Origin: Eggerthella lenta DSM 2243
Lineage (GTDB): Bacteria > Actinomycetota > Coriobacteriia > Coriobacteriales > Eggerthellaceae
NCBI RefSeq assembly: GCF_000024265.1
Contig: NC_013204.1
Coordinates: 978,180 to 1,042,179 of the forward strand
DNA: 64,000 nt
Direction: 5' to 3'
In this document: piece after piece, positions 63,083-64,000 of the stretch
Layout: each line of letters opens with the position of its first letter
Numbering within the stretch: the first letter of the stretch is position 1
Notes under the pieces: model-generated
The model's input: the letters and a program-made list of their open reading frames with translations, nothing else
What the model was told of the DNA's origin: nothing
Databases searched by the model: none
Translations under genes and position numbers: made by a program

Positions 63083-64000
63083 TTAAGAAAGGTCTAAAGT
63101 CCTTTTCGGTAGGGCGGCGGCCGAAATCGATCCCGAAGATATCTCGATTGCGAGTTTGCGTCTGGAATGCTCGACCTCATCTGAGATGCCGAGGGAGGCG
63201 GCGACGCGGTCGAAGCACTTTTCGACGATTGTATTGAGGGCATCGCAGTGATTATCGAAATCGTGCGTGCGGTTCAAGACAGCGGGAGATAGGAAACGCT
63301 GCATCTGTCCGGTAAATGACCCGTCGACATAGCAGACGCGTGCACGTTGCGTCCCGGTGGCGATCATGCTGGCAAGGGAGGCGGGACAGCGGTAGTCATC
63401 GTGCTTTGCCGCGACAAATGCGGCTACGGCAGGGAAATCGATCTCCTGTGCACGGACGATCCAGGGAATGTCCCAGAGGTCGCGATGCCTGATATGCGAA
63501 TCGGTGGCGGAGAACGAGATGAGCTTGTCGGCCAAGATTTCCTCGAGTGTCTGGCACCGGATCGTGAGGTCGTCATACATTCCGGCAAGTTCGGGATAAT
63601 TGACCGCGACACGTCGAATCGTGGATGTATGTGCTGGCACAGACGCGATCTCGAGCTTGATTCGCTGTTTCGGCAAATCGGGGCGCGCGATGTTGGTATT
63701 TACGGAAACCGTCCATCTACGCATCCCGACGCCATCGAAATCATTGACGACCTTGGGTTCCCTGACGCTAACCTCGGTATCGTAGGATTTCAGCAAATCG
63801 GAGCGCAAAGTCTTGGAAAAATCATCCAAGGGGAGCGAATCGAAGCTGTCGCCGGCGACAAAATCGAGGTCTTCGCTATATCGTTGCGATCCATAGCAGA
63901 GACGCAGCGAGGTCCCGCCTTGAAAGGTGATATCTCGAAGCAGGCCGTTCCTCCCGAGTGACCGGATAATCTCGTAATGGATGATTTCCTTTTCAATGAC
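63083..64000 (-). CDS. AbiEii/AbiGii-family nucleotidyltransferase toxin, partial (N-terminus beyond the window end).
   Basis: Reading frame open to the window edge (..RDITFQGGTSLRLCYGSQRYSEDLDFVAGD..). Downstream ADKLISFSATDSHIRHRDLWDIPWIV is typical of DUF1814/AbiEii. Confidence 0.75.
   Translation of the reverse strand, partial: VIEKEIIHYEIIRSLGRNGLLRDITFQGGTSLRLCYGSQRYSEDLDFVAGDSFDSLPLDDFSKTLRSDLLKSYDTEVSVREPKVVNDFDGVGMRRWTVSVNTNIARPDLPKQRIKLEIASVPAHTSTIRRVAVNYPELAGMYDDLTIRCQTLEEILADKLISFSATDSHIRHRDLWDIPWIVRAQEIDFPAVAAFVAAKHDDYRCPASLASMIATGTQRARVCYVDGSFTGQMQRFLSPAVLNRTHDFDNHCDALNTIVEKCFDRVAASLGISDEVEHSRRKLAIEISSGSISAAALPKRTLDLS

Overview
The window is high-GC (about 63-66%) and almost all of it is mobile-element or accessory DNA. 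It looks like one large conjugative element (plasmid or ICE) from a high-GC Gram-positive host, inferred from the Gram-positive-type T4SS, the sortase with a PKTG-sorted adhesin, and GC3-biased codons. No rRNA, tRNA, CRISPR array or integrase is visible.

Modules, in order:
- 0.5-2.1 kb: replication module. An excisionase-like HTH, a Rep-like wHTH protein with internal GATGAAGAACCT iterons, and a DnaC/IstB-like loader.
- 2.9-17.1 kb: Gram-positive-type T4SS. VirD4/TraG coupling protein, Maff2/PrgI-like small membrane proteins, VirB4 ATPase, a bifunctional lysozyme plus NlpC/P60 hydrolase, a VirB6-like protein, a 1256-aa PKTG-anchored adhesin and a class-B-like sortase.
- 17.2-24.8 kb: a translationally coupled five-gene operon. 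RHH regulator, SNF2 DExH helicase, a small DUF4391-like protein, an OLD-family ABC-ATPase/TOPRIM nuclease and a beta-class N6A/N4C DNA methyltransferase. A roughly 3 kb low-GC patch covers the OLD gene and the 5' two-thirds of the methyltransferase gene.
- 25-28.6 kb: a second, paralogous Rep plus DnaC-like module. This Rep gene carries embedded palindromic iterons.
- 28.7-35.8 kb: cargo, including a flotillin/SPFH protein with a membrane partner, a PD-(D/E)xK protein and a Pif1/RecD-like helicase.
- 35.9-42.7 kb, minus strand: a coupled three-gene operon. A Zn-ribbon PD-(D/E)xK nuclease, a DinG-like Fe-S helicase and a PIWI-domain (Argonaute-like) protein. This matches the computationally predicted PIWI-RE system, which I do not know to have been experimentally characterised, and is the strongest candidate for the undescribed system.
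- 43-50 kb: regulators and SSB.
- 51-59 kb: ParA plus RHH partition pair, MobC, a MOB relaxase and a candidate oriT.
- 60.5-64 kb: GtrB-like glycosyltransferase, two tandem membrane-anchored HNH proteins in a second low-GC patch, and a partial AbiEii toxin gene at the window edge.

A conserved roughly 35-bp promoter-like motif (GCGTTTACGCAT..CTGGGTAcATAcA) recurs in five places. These are upstream of rep2, a membrane-protein gene, ssb, a small membrane-protein gene and parA.
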